From Pirellulales bacterium (GTDB taxonomy: Bacteria > Planctomycetota > Planctomycetia > Pirellulales > JAICIG01), in contig JBBDYJ010000035.1 of assembly GCA_040901675.1 (NCBI GenBank), positions 192,001 through 256,000 on the forward strand: a stretch of DNA of 64,000 nt, read 5' to 3'. Every line of letters starts with the position of its first letter. The first letter of the stretch is position 1. A model generated the notes under the pieces. The model saw nothing but the letters and a program-made list of their open reading frames with translations, had not been told where the DNA came from and ran no database searches. A program made the translations under genes and the position numbers. This document shows positions 56,205 to 64,000 of this stretch, piece by piece.

Positions 56205-56610
56205 AGTACGGGTTCCTCTTCTCTGCTCGGGGAGATGCTGGTGCCGGGCATTGATTTTGAAGCCGTACGGTCTGAAGCGTCCATGGCCCAGGTCCTGAAA
56301 CTGTTGGAGTTTGTCGCCCAACGCAGCAAGGGGGATCAAGTGCGAGGACCTTGTCCTGTACATCGGTCCGCGTCGCCACGAAGTCGGTCTTTCTCGGCAA
56401 ATCTTGGCAAGAATGCCTATCGCTGCTTCCGTTGCGGTTCCGGAGGAAATCAACTGGACCTTTGGGCGGCAGCCACCAAGGCAAGCGTCCACGATGCAAC
56501 CATTGACCTTGCGAGAAGCTTCATTTGGACGTTCCGTGGATTCATCGATGGTGAATGGTTCACGCCGCCTTCCAGAAGATACCGGCGAGCAGAGAAGAGG
56601 AACTCGTACT
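56205..56610. mobile_element. 406-bp element bounded by 25-bp inverted repeats
   Basis: AGTACGGGTTCCTCTTCTCTGCTCG (56205-56229) versus CGAGCAGAGAAGAGGAACTCGTACT (56586-56610): 24/25 complementary. Confidence 0.75.
56241..56554 (+). pseudogene. Stand-alone CHC2 (primase-type) zinc-finger protein, probable 1-nt frameshift
   Basis: PGIDF...RGPCPVH...SFSANLGKNAYRCFRCGSGGNQLDLW; a shifted frame from ~56510 reads CEKLHLDVPWIHRW* and ends at 56554, inside the right inverted repeat boundary. Confidence 0.75.
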
Positions 56611-56723
56611 ATGGCGCCGGAAAGCCACACACAGCGCAGCTCGGAAAACGGGGCTTTCTTGCCCTAAATCGTGAAGAGATGAGCAACGGGTTCGGTGGAG
56701 GCGACAGCAAACAAGCGGGCGAT

Positions 56724-56761
56724 ACAAAAACCCGCCTTGCCGACAGGTCGGACAAGGCGGG
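56724..56761 (-). terminator. Intrinsic terminator-like hairpin downstream of the 56841-57698 gene
   Basis: CCCGCCTTG-CCGAC-AG-GTCGG-A-CAAGGCGGG stem preceded by AAAAA on + (a U-tract on -). Confidence 0.65.
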
Positions 56762-56840
56762 CCACCGTGGGTCAGATCACTCGGTGAATCGGTCGCGCCG
56801 CCCCGGGCGGCGAGATGGGCTCTGAGCCTGCTGCGAGCCC

Positions 56841-57698
56841 CTAGCGCTGCGAGGGGCGCCAGCCTCCGTCGTCGATCGTCGCGGGTCTGGTCGATGCGGG
56901 CTGCTGCTCGTGGCTGCCGCTGACGGGCGTTCGCTGAACGGCCGTGCGGATCACCGGTGGCTCATCGCCGGCAGAGGCACGGGCCGGCCACGAGACCGGC
57001 GTAAAACCCCAGGCCAACTGGACCGGATAAGCGGCCGTCCGGCTGTCCGGATCGATCAGCCGCGGCGCCGAGGTGGGCGCGCTGGGCGTCCGCTTGTTCA
57101 TCTCGGAGTCGGGGAAAGCCGGCAGTTGGCTTTCACGCTGGGTGGGCGAGCTCTCGAACGTGGATGTGCCGGGCGAGGATCCGGGTGGCAACGTCGGCAC
57201 CCCCGTGCCGCCGGTCGCGCCGTTATAGTAGGGTTGCCCGGCCGGCGCGTACGCCGGCGCCATGCCATAGGCCGGCGTGCCGCAAGGGTTGCAGGCCGGG
57301 GCGGCGGCCGCGACCGGCGCGGCCGGCACGAACGACACCACGGGGCGATACGTGGTATAGGCTACCATCCGCGTCTGCCGGACGTAGTTCACCACCGGCC
57401 GCATGCAGGTCACCGGGCAGCCGGTGCACGGATCGGTCGAGGTGAAGGGCCGCCAGGTCGTCACAGGAACCGTCGTGCACTGCGGCCGGTAGCAGGTCTG
57501 CGGCACGTAGTTGACGACCTGCTGCCCGCATGGATTGCAGGCCGCGGCGTAGCCGTACGGCTGGGCCTGGCGGTGATGGAACAGGCCGCCTCCTCGCCCG
57601 AACCAGTGGAACAGCGCCTCGCTGCGGCTGGGGGTGGCCAGCAACATGGCGGCTGCGCCGCAGGCCGCCAGGCAATGTCGCGCTTGGGATCGAATCAT
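56841..57698 (-). CDS. Exported Pro/Cys/Tyr-rich hypothetical protein (planctomycete type)
   Basis: Signal peptide; YVPQTCYR...VPVTTWRP...DPCTGCPVT.MRP repeats; ends DDGGWRPSQR. Confidence 0.75.
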   Translation of the reverse strand: MIRSQARHCLAACGAAAMLLATPSRSEALFHWFGRGGGLFHHRQAQPYGYAAACNPCGQQVVNYVPQTCYRPQCTTVPVTTWRPFTSTDPCTGCPVTCMRPVVNYVRQTRMVAYTTYRPVVSFVPAAPVAAAAPACNPCGTPAYGMAPAYAPAGQPYYNGATGGTGVPTLPPGSSPGTSTFESSPTQRESQLPAFPDSEMNKRTPSAPTSAPRLIDPDSRTAAYPVQLAWGFTPVSWPARASAGDEPPVIRTAVQRTPVSGSHEQQPASTRPATIDDGGWRPSQR

Positions 57699-57994
57699 TT
57701 CTTTCACTCCGCGCTTTGGCGAAACATCTGATGTCCTTCGTTAAACAAGGCCGCGGACAAAGTGTCAAGCGGCCTTACGTTCGTTGGGCCCATTTGGTTG
57801 CACTTTTGTATTAGCTGGTGATTGCAGACTGCGCGGGCGGTGCCGCCGGGGTGGGATGTAGTGCGCCGCGCCGCTCTGCCTCGCTCAATCCAGACCGCTC
57901 TTGCGGCGCGGTAGGGTGGCCCACGAGCAAACGTAGGTCACGCTTGCAACCGGTGTGGCGAAAAATCGACAGCCGTCATGACCGGCACATCCGG

Positions 57995-58594
57995 TCAGGT
58001 CTGCTGCGGCCGGCGCGCTTCGTACAGGTCGTAGAGGTCGAACAGCGTCTCGCGCAGGTCGCCGCCGTGCCGCTCGAACGAGCGGGCCACGTCGTCCGGC
58101 CCGATCGACTGCGGGCCGGGAGGCAGCAGACGTTCCACGATGCGCCGGGCCGTTTCCAGGCGCGGCTGCACCACAAACAATTCGGGCAGGCCCACGTCGG
58201 CGTGCGACGTTACTAACAGGCCGCACTTCTGGCGGCGGCAGAATCGCTTGATCTTCCAGCGGTTCCAACGGCTGAGCTGTTCGTATCCGTCGATCACCAA
58301 CTGCAAGGACGGGTTGCCCCGCTCGAGGGCGTCCAGGCCGGTGGGAAGCCGCCGCTGGCCGTCGTGCAGCGTGACCAGGTTCACGCCGCGGCCGGCGGCT
58401 TCGAGGGCGGGAATCAACGAGGCCAACAGGGTGGACTTGCCGCTTCCGTGCGAGCCCACGATCTGCCCCCACCAGCCGCTGGTGCGCAAGCGGTCGACCA
58501 GCCAGCCGGCCGATTCGCCGGCAGCAAAAACAAACGGGATGGCCCCTGGCCGAACGGCACGCGTGGAAAACGGATTGCTCTGCGGAAGGACCAT
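57995..58594 (-). CDS. Small P-loop NTPase (AAA+-like)
   Basis: SNPF, Walker A GSHGSGKSTLL, Walker B LVIDGYEQL, lid-like FERHGGDLRETLFDLYD. Confidence 0.8.
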   Translation of the reverse strand: MVLPQSNPFSTRAVRPGAIPFVFAAGESAGWLVDRLRTSGWWGQIVGSHGSGKSTLLASLIPALEAAGRGVNLVTLHDGQRRLPTGLDALERGNPSLQLVIDGYEQLSRWNRWKIKRFCRRQKCGLLVTSHADVGLPELFVVQPRLETARRIVERLLPPGPQSIGPDDVARSFERHGGDLRETLFDLYDLYEARRPQQT

Positions 58595-58611
58595 TTTTTA
58601 TTCGACCTGTT

Positions 58612-59016
58612 TTATTCGACCGGCAATGCCGCCGAGGCGGCGGTGAGCGACCCCAACTGGAACGGCTGCTCGGCCAAGAGCGGCTTGCCCCGGGCCAGGA
58701 AGACGCGGACCCGCACGCACCAGCGGATCTTGACGATGACCCCCTGGTAGCTCAGCGGGCTGTTGGGCAAACAGGTCTGAAACCGCCGTGGCCTGCGAAA
58801 GTCGGCCGGTTCATCCTGCTCCCGGCTCCAACGCTCGAAATGGTGGACTGCCAGGTCCTCGTCGCCTTGCCCCTCGGTGTGCCACAAGACCGACAACTCC
58901 ACCGCCGAGGGCTCGACGGCCAGCATCCGCTCGATGCGGTATTCGCCTGAGAGGATCTCGCCCGGTTGATACGTGCGACGATGGCCGTCCAGGGAGATGC
59001 TCACGGCGTCGTTCAT
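58612..59016 (-). CDS. Hypothetical beta-sandwich protein (arrestin-N/SpoOM-like)
   Basis: YQPGEILSGEY...ELSVLWHTEGQG...LPNSPLSYQGVIVKIRWCVRV; ATGA overlap with the upstream gene. Confidence 0.7.
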   Translation of the reverse strand: MNDAVSISLDGHRRTYQPGEILSGEYRIERMLAVEPSAVELSVLWHTEGQGDEDLAVHHFERWSREQDEPADFRRPRRFQTCLPNSPLSYQGVIVKIRWCVRVRVFLARGKPLLAEQPFQLGSLTAASAALPVE

Positions 59017-60317
59017 GCCGCCTCGCTTCCCTGGCCGGAAGGATAAACGTGCACCAGGAAGACCCGCTCGAAGTCGGGCCAGTGCACGACGTTTCCCTGG
59101 ACGATCACTTTCCAGCTCACCTGGTTATGGTCGGCCCGAAACGAGTGCATCGCGCCCGCCGGGATGTCCAGGGAGCACTGGGCTTCCAGCGGCCGGCGGG
59201 GTTGAAGCTCGAAGTCCTGGCGGCGGAATAGCTCGTGCTGGTAGACGCGCCGCTGGACCGTGCGGGTATTCGTGCCCTGGCGGTAGGTGGCTTCCTCCTC
59301 GCAAATCAGCGAAACGGCAAGCCAGTTCATCTTCAGCCGGCCGGCCTGCGAGACAAAGACGCGGTAGGCGCCGCCCGGGTAAAGCGGGTGCTGCGAGATC
59401 TCCACGATCGTCGAACCGACTCCCGTGCTGATCAGCAACTGCCGCACCAGCACGATCACCAGTCCCAGCCCCACCAGCGCGAAGGGCACCACGAAAAGCG
59501 TCAGCCGCCAGTCGGGCTGGCCGGCCAGGTGATTTCGGACGGCCATCACCGCGAACACCGACACCACCGCGTTCCAGATCAAGCAGCCGATGAGGCCGGC
59601 CGCTAGCCCCCAACTGCTGCCGGCCGATGGAAGTCGAAAGGCCAGCACGGTTCCGGGGCTGTTGGTCACTTCCGCCGCGCCGGGCACATTGGGAAACCAG
59701 GGCTGGCTTTCGGGCTCGCGGTCGAAGAAGTCCAGGCGTTGCGAGCGCTGCGCCAGGGCCGCCCGCCGCTCGGCCGATTTACCCCAACCCCAAACGTAGT
59801 ACGACAACCCGCCGCCACCGATGGCGATCAGCGATATCGGGAGCAGCAGCATCAACCACGTGTACCAGGTATAGCCCCGGGAGAGCACGACGCGCTGGGG
59901 ATCGCGCGGATCGTACCAGCAGGGGTACTCGCGGCCTCGTTCGAAGCGCTCCAGGATCTTTCGCGTGGCGTCGCGATCGGCCATGTGGGGATCGGTGATC
60001 TCGTAGGGCGCCCAGACCGAGTACTGCTTCCCCTTGACCTCGAATTCGACGTGCAGGCGGGGAGCATAGGTGTCGCCGGAAGGCGCGCGGTCGAGCCGCA
60101 CGTCGGTCACCCGGCAGATGTGCCGGACAAAATCGCGATTGACGCGCAGCTCCGGAATCGCCCAATAGACCAGAATCAGCGCGAGCAAGCCCCAGCCGAC
60201 CGCGAAACAGAGTGCATAGGCGCACCCGAAGCCGAACGTGCCCAGCTCGCGTGAGCCGGTACGCCGGTCGCCGCGTTTCTTGCCGTAAAACCGCAGATAG
60301 CGAGCCAAGCCGGGCAC
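59013..60317 (-). CDS. DUF3592-like membrane protein with C-terminal beta-sandwich
   Basis: TM + YPCWYDPRDPQRVVL + TM pattern (DUF3592-like); further TMs; C-terminal IPAGAMHSF....QVSWKVIV; start uncertain. Confidence 0.75.
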   Translation of the reverse strand: MPGLARYLRFYGKKRGDRRTGSRELGTFGFGCAYALCFAVGWGLLALILVYWAIPELRVNRDFVRHICRVTDVRLDRAPSGDTYAPRLHVEFEVKGKQYSVWAPYEITDPHMADRDATRKILERFERGREYPCWYDPRDPQRVVLSRGYTWYTWLMLLLPISLIAIGGGGLSYYVWGWGKSAERRAALAQRSQRLDFFDREPESQPWFPNVPGAAEVTNSPGTVLAFRLPSAGSSWGLAAGLIGCLIWNAVVSVFAVMAVRNHLAGQPDWRLTLFVVPFALVGLGLVIVLVRQLLISTGVGSTIVEISQHPLYPGGAYRVFVSQAGRLKMNWLAVSLICEEEATYRQGTNTRTVQRRVYQHELFRRQDFELQPRRPLEAQCSLDIPAGAMHSFRADHNQVSWKVIVQGNVVHWPDFERVFLVHVYPSGQGSEAA

Positions 60318-60578
60318 GGCGGCACCGAAACCGAGGACTTCTGGTACGCGACGGCCCCAGGCGGCACGTCACGCCCTCGCCGGGGCCGGGCGGCCTGGCA
60401 AGGGAAAACCATGATTCTAGCGGAAGCCCAAGACGTTCCGAAACGCCCGCGGCGCGGGTTGTCCGCTTGCCAGCCGGCTCGAGCCGTCCTCCAGGGTGTG
60501 CGGCAGGAGGGACGCGCGGGCATCCATTCCGGCGCGCCCCTGTCCTCGACTCGCAGCAGCCGTGCTTCGAACGATGCG

Positions 60579-60851
60579 CTAAGCAGTGACCGTCTGCCGC
60601 TTGCTCGTGCGGTAGAAGCCGATCCCTTCCAACGCCTTGTACACCTCGTCGAGCGTCTTTTCTCCGAAATTGGAGATCGCCAGCAGATCCTGGCGCGTGC
60701 AGTTCAACAGATCGCTGACCGTAAAGATGCCACGCTCCTCGAGGCAGTTCGTCGTGCGAACCGACAGGCCAATCTCGGCCGTGCTCATCTCCAGACGTTC
60801 GTGCATGCCTTTGGCATTCTCGTCGGCCGAACTCAAGGGGATGCGTGTCAT
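60579..60851 (-). CDS. Stand-alone RNA polymerase alpha C-terminal domain protein
   Basis: EIGLSVRTTNCLEERGIFTVSDLL...DLLAISNFGEKTLDEV matches the alpha-CTD pattern LSVRxxNCL...NFGxKSLxE; GGGAGG RBS. Confidence 0.88.
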   Translation of the reverse strand: MTRIPLSSADENAKGMHERLEMSTAEIGLSVRTTNCLEERGIFTVSDLLNCTRQDLLAISNFGEKTLDEVYKALEGIGFYRTSKRQTVTA

Positions 60852-61012
60852 GGGTTCCCTCCCAATTGGACGCGCCGGGAAATACGAAACGGCCGCGCGG
60901 CAAGGCCCGGCGGGTTCCATCTGCCGCGCGACCGACGAGTATAACGGCTCCGGCCCAAACGCGAACTACTTTTCCGCAATTTTTCGCGGCCGGCGTGCTA
61001 GCATGCTAGCAG

Positions 61013-61070
61013 GAGTCAGAAGTCAGAAGTCAGAAGTCAGAGGTCAGAAGGCAGAAGGCAGAAGGCAGGA
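61013..61070. repeat. Heptameric tandem repeat (AGTCAGA/AGGCAGA)n
   Basis: GAGTCAGAAGTCAGAAGTCAGAAGTCAGAGGTCAGAAGGCAGAAGGCAGAAGGCAGG; inverted TTCTGCCTTCT near 61140; similar array at 62281-62309. Confidence 0.9.
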
Positions 61071-61157
61071 GTTCCACCTCCGGTGGACCTTCTGTCCCCC
61101 CTTCCCCCGCTCTCCCCTTCCCCTCTTCCTCCTTCCTCCTTCTGCCTTCTACCCGCC

Positions 61158-62252
61158 TCAGGCCAGCTTTCCGCGGCCCTCGATGGGCCACACGGCAACC
61201 AGCGCTCCACGCCGAAAGCAATGGAAATGGTCGTGCAGCACGGTCGTCAGGTCGGCGTAGCCTGGAATCAACTCCAGGCGGTCGCCGATCCTCAGGTCCC
61301 GGGCCGATGCCGCGAGCTCCAGCTCTCCGTGCTCGGCGCTGAGACGCTTGACGCGGATGTCGTCACGGCCCAGCACCAAGGGTGGATGGACCTCGATGTT
61401 CAACGTCTTGCGGCCGGCATCGATGATGGCCCGCCCAGGCGCGGGCCGGCTCACGACGGTCGCCACGACGGTCAGGGCGTAGCCGAGCTGCGACACCTGG
61501 CACTTGTGGCGGTAGTAGGCATCCATGAAGATCGCTCCGCCCGCCTGCACTTCGGTCACTCCCGGCTGGCCGATGCTGTAAAGGTAGGAGCCGGTCCCGG
61601 CGCAGGAGACGATCGGGCAGGCGATCCCCGACGTTTCCAGCAGCCGCCGCGTCTCGACCAGGGTACCGAGCGCCTCGCGGATTCTTGCCCCTTTTTCGTC
61701 GGGGTCGGGCACGGTGAGCAGGTGGCCCTCGTAACCCATGATGCCGGCCAGCTCGATGCCCGGCAGGCCGGCCAGCAGGCGAGCCAGCTCCAGGGCCGGC
61801 TCACCCGGCTGCACCCCCACCCGCGCCAGGCCGATGTCGACTTCGATCAGCACCCGCTGCTTGAGCCCCGCTTCGGCCATGGCGCGGCTCAGCGGGATCG
61901 CCTGGTCGGCATGGTCGATGCACACGATCGGATCGGCGACGCGCCGCAGCGCGACCAGCCGCCGCAGCTTTTGCGGACCGACGATCATGTTGGCGATCAA
62001 CAGGTCGCGCACGCCGCCGGCGGCCATCACCTCCGCTTCGCCCAGCTTGGCGCAGGTGATGCCGATCGCGCCGGCGTCCAGCTCCAGCCGGGCGATGGCC
62101 GGGACCTTGTGCCCCTTGGCGTGCGGGCGCCAAGCCACATTCCGCCGGCGGCAGGTTTCGGCGACCGTGCGGATATTGGCTTCCATCACGTCGAGGTCCA
62201 GGCAGAGGGCCGGCGTGTCCAAGTCGTCCTTGGTCTGGCCGAGCTCGTTCAT
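61158..62252 (-). CDS. DSD1-family PLP-dependent enzyme (D-threonine aldolase/D-serine dehydratase-like, alanine racemase fold)
   Basis: LDTPAL, WRPHAKGHK, GITCAKLGEAE, MGYEGH, EVQAG, DAGRK, LSAEHG. Confidence 0.88.
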   Translation of the reverse strand: MNELGQTKDDLDTPALCLDLDVMEANIRTVAETCRRRNVAWRPHAKGHKVPAIARLELDAGAIGITCAKLGEAEVMAAGGVRDLLIANMIVGPQKLRRLVALRRVADPIVCIDHADQAIPLSRAMAEAGLKQRVLIEVDIGLARVGVQPGEPALELARLLAGLPGIELAGIMGYEGHLLTVPDPDEKGARIREALGTLVETRRLLETSGIACPIVSCAGTGSYLYSIGQPGVTEVQAGGAIFMDAYYRHKCQVSQLGYALTVVATVVSRPAPGRAIIDAGRKTLNIEVHPPLVLGRDDIRVKRLSAEHGELELAASARDLRIGDRLELIPGYADLTTVLHDHFHCFRRGALVAVWPIEGRGKLA

Positions 62253-62313
62253 TACCGATGGTCCTGAGGGTTCGTAGTGGGAGTCAGAGGTCAGAGTCAG
62301 GAGTCAGAGCATC

Positions 62314-62337
62314 GTAGCTGAATTCGCCAGAATTCAG
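62314..62337 (+). repeat. GTAG-type REP-like palindrome
   Basis: GTAG followed by CTGAATTC-GCCA-GAATTCAG. Confidence 0.6.
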
Positions 62338-62459
62338 GTCTTCCAGCAAAAAGTTGAAGAAAAACATTGAGACAACGCCGCGCGCCAAGTATACCCAACA
62401 CCAGTCGAGTCAACCTGGTTGCCCGAGAGGTGAACTATGAACTGCCCGAGAGGTGAACC

Positions 62460-63480
62460 CATGAATCCGCGACTCCGATTGTGTCATCCAGTTCGCAGGT
62501 CTATTGATCGAGCACGGCGATTGCTGTTCTTGCTGGCCGCCGTGGGAGGGGCCACGTTCGCCCTGGCCCAGCAACCCGCCGGCGAGACGCCGATCGGGCC
62601 CAAATGGTGGCCTTCGCCCTGGGGCGCGGACGACCAGCGCGGCGCCGCCAACCTGCTGACGGCCGAGAAAGTGCTCGAAGCCAACCAACTGGTCAGCCAG
62701 GGCAAAGTGTACCAGCTCGGACGGCTGTACGAGCACGGCATGCCGCTACCCGGCAAGCGGCACTATAGTCTCACCATCCCCGGCTCTCCCACGGGTCCGC
62801 CGCAAGGCGACAACCGGATCGTCTCGCACGATGAGCTGGTCAGCGCCGAGATCGGCCAGGTCGGCACCCAGTTCGACGGGCTGGGGCACATCGGCTGCCG
62901 CATCGACGGTGAGGACTATTTTTACAACGGTTTCAAGGCGTCCGAGTTTGCCACGGCCTACGGCCTGGAGAAGCTGGGCGTGGAAAACGTGGGGGTGTTT
63001 TACACGCGGGGCATCCTGTTGGACGTGGCCGGCCTGCGCAAGACCGAGCGGCTCATGCCCGGTCACGTCATCACCTCCGACGAGCTGAAGGCCTGCTTGA
63101 AGGCGTCGGGCGCCGAGATCCGCCCCGGCGACGTCGTGTTGATCCACACCGGGCACGGCAAGCTCTGGATGAAGGACAACGAAACCTACGGCAGCGGCGA
63201 GCCGGGAATCGGCATGGAGGCGGCCCGCTGGCTGACCGATCAGAAAGTCGCCTTGATCGGCGCCGACACCTGGGCCATCGAGGCGGTGCCCGCCGAGGAT
63301 CCGAATCGCCCCTTCCCGGTGCACCAGTGGAACCTGACCCGCCACGGCGTGTACCACCTGGAGAACCTCGATCTGAGCGAGTTGGTCGCCGACAAGGCAT
63401 ACGAGTTCGCCTTCATTTTTTCGCCCTTGCGGTTGAAGGGCGCCACCGGCTCGCCCGGCAACCCAATCGCGGTGCGGTAA
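62460..63480 (+). CDS. Cyclase family protein (kynurenine formamidase-like metal hydrolase), exported
   Basis: WGADDQRGAAN, GTQFDGLGH, TRGILLD, GDVVLIHTG, ENLDL, GATGSPGNPIAV; ATG at 62461 after GAGG, alternative start near 62437. Confidence 0.85.
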
Positions 63481-63580
63481 ACCAGGCCCTGACGTGCCTC
63501 CGCGATGGCAAGGCGCACGGCCGGATCATCTTGAACATCCGGCCTCGAACCTGGGACGTGCCCCGAGCACGGTGGGAAGC

Positions 63581-63960
63581 TTGTCGCAGTTATTCGATCA
63601 TCGAGCGGTGTCTCGCCTGGCGGCCTCGCTGTTCGAGGCGGCCGGCGCGCCGCTGCTTGAAGCAAGCCTCGTCGCCGAGCACCTGGTCTGATCGTGCTGG
63701 ATCCGAAGTCGTTCTGCCCGATCGACGAGTTCAAGCGTCTCATGGACGGCCTGGTGGCGTACATTAAGTCGTCGCCGCCCGCGGCCGGCTTCGACGAGGT
63801 GCTCGTTCCCGGCGAGCCCGAGTTCCGCACTCTCCGCCGCCGTTCGATCGAAGGCATTCCCATCGACCCCGTGACCCTCAGTGCAATCCGCGACCACGCC
63901 TCGGATGACCCCATTCATGGGATCCGCCGTGTTGGAGACGCGGATGAGGCGAGCGGCTAA
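63581..63960 (+). pseudogene. Ldh_2 family (malate/L-lactate/ureidoglycolate dehydrogenase) pseudogene with large internal deletion
   Basis: N-terminal-like LAASLFEAAGAPLLEASLVAEHLV* joined out of frame to C-terminal-like IVLDPKSF...YIKSSPPAAGFDEVLVPGEPE...GIPID. Confidence 0.75.
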
Positions 63961-64000
63961 GGCAAGAAGAAATCGGGGTCCGCGCGATTGGCCCCAGTGG

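Overview
High-GC bacterial chromosomal window, very likely a planctomycete (Pirellulales-like). This is inferred from the RpoB/RpoC style, a PVC-type CxxCH multidomain protein, a stand-alone RNAP alpha-CTD gene and 'QFSLR'-type small membrane proteins. Core genes: 3' end of rplL, rpoB, rpoC, ligA, uvrA, a ThiF-family gene, a sugar ABC transporter, a Ser/Thr kinase, an NtrC-type regulator, an ABC-2 export cluster, two tandem paralogous polytopic membrane proteins, ldhA, ThuA/PVC proteins, an MBL hydrolase, hemW, uppP, a putative cobalamin-uptake pair, a fadB-fadA-fadD beta-oxidation operon, a PLP-dependent DSD1-like enzyme and a cyclase. Accessory or unexplained structure: (i) an orphan Rhs/immunity-like island directly after rpoC; (ii) an AAGGGGACATTCTACTTTT repeat in the same direct-direct-inverted triad after foreign-looking ORFs at two loci 34 kb apart; (iii) a promoter-to-U8 two-hairpin sRNA/leader candidate upstream of the ligA operon; (iv) a frameshifted CHC2 zinc-finger gene enclosed by 25-bp inverted repeats; (v) a possible arrestin-fold/AAA+ operon next to a free alpha-CTD gene; (vi) several REP-like palindrome families, short tandem duplications, a stop-less uppP and an internally deleted Ldh_2 pseudogene. 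No rRNA, tRNA or CRISPR array was seen. All family calls are by-eye motif recognition, not database searches.
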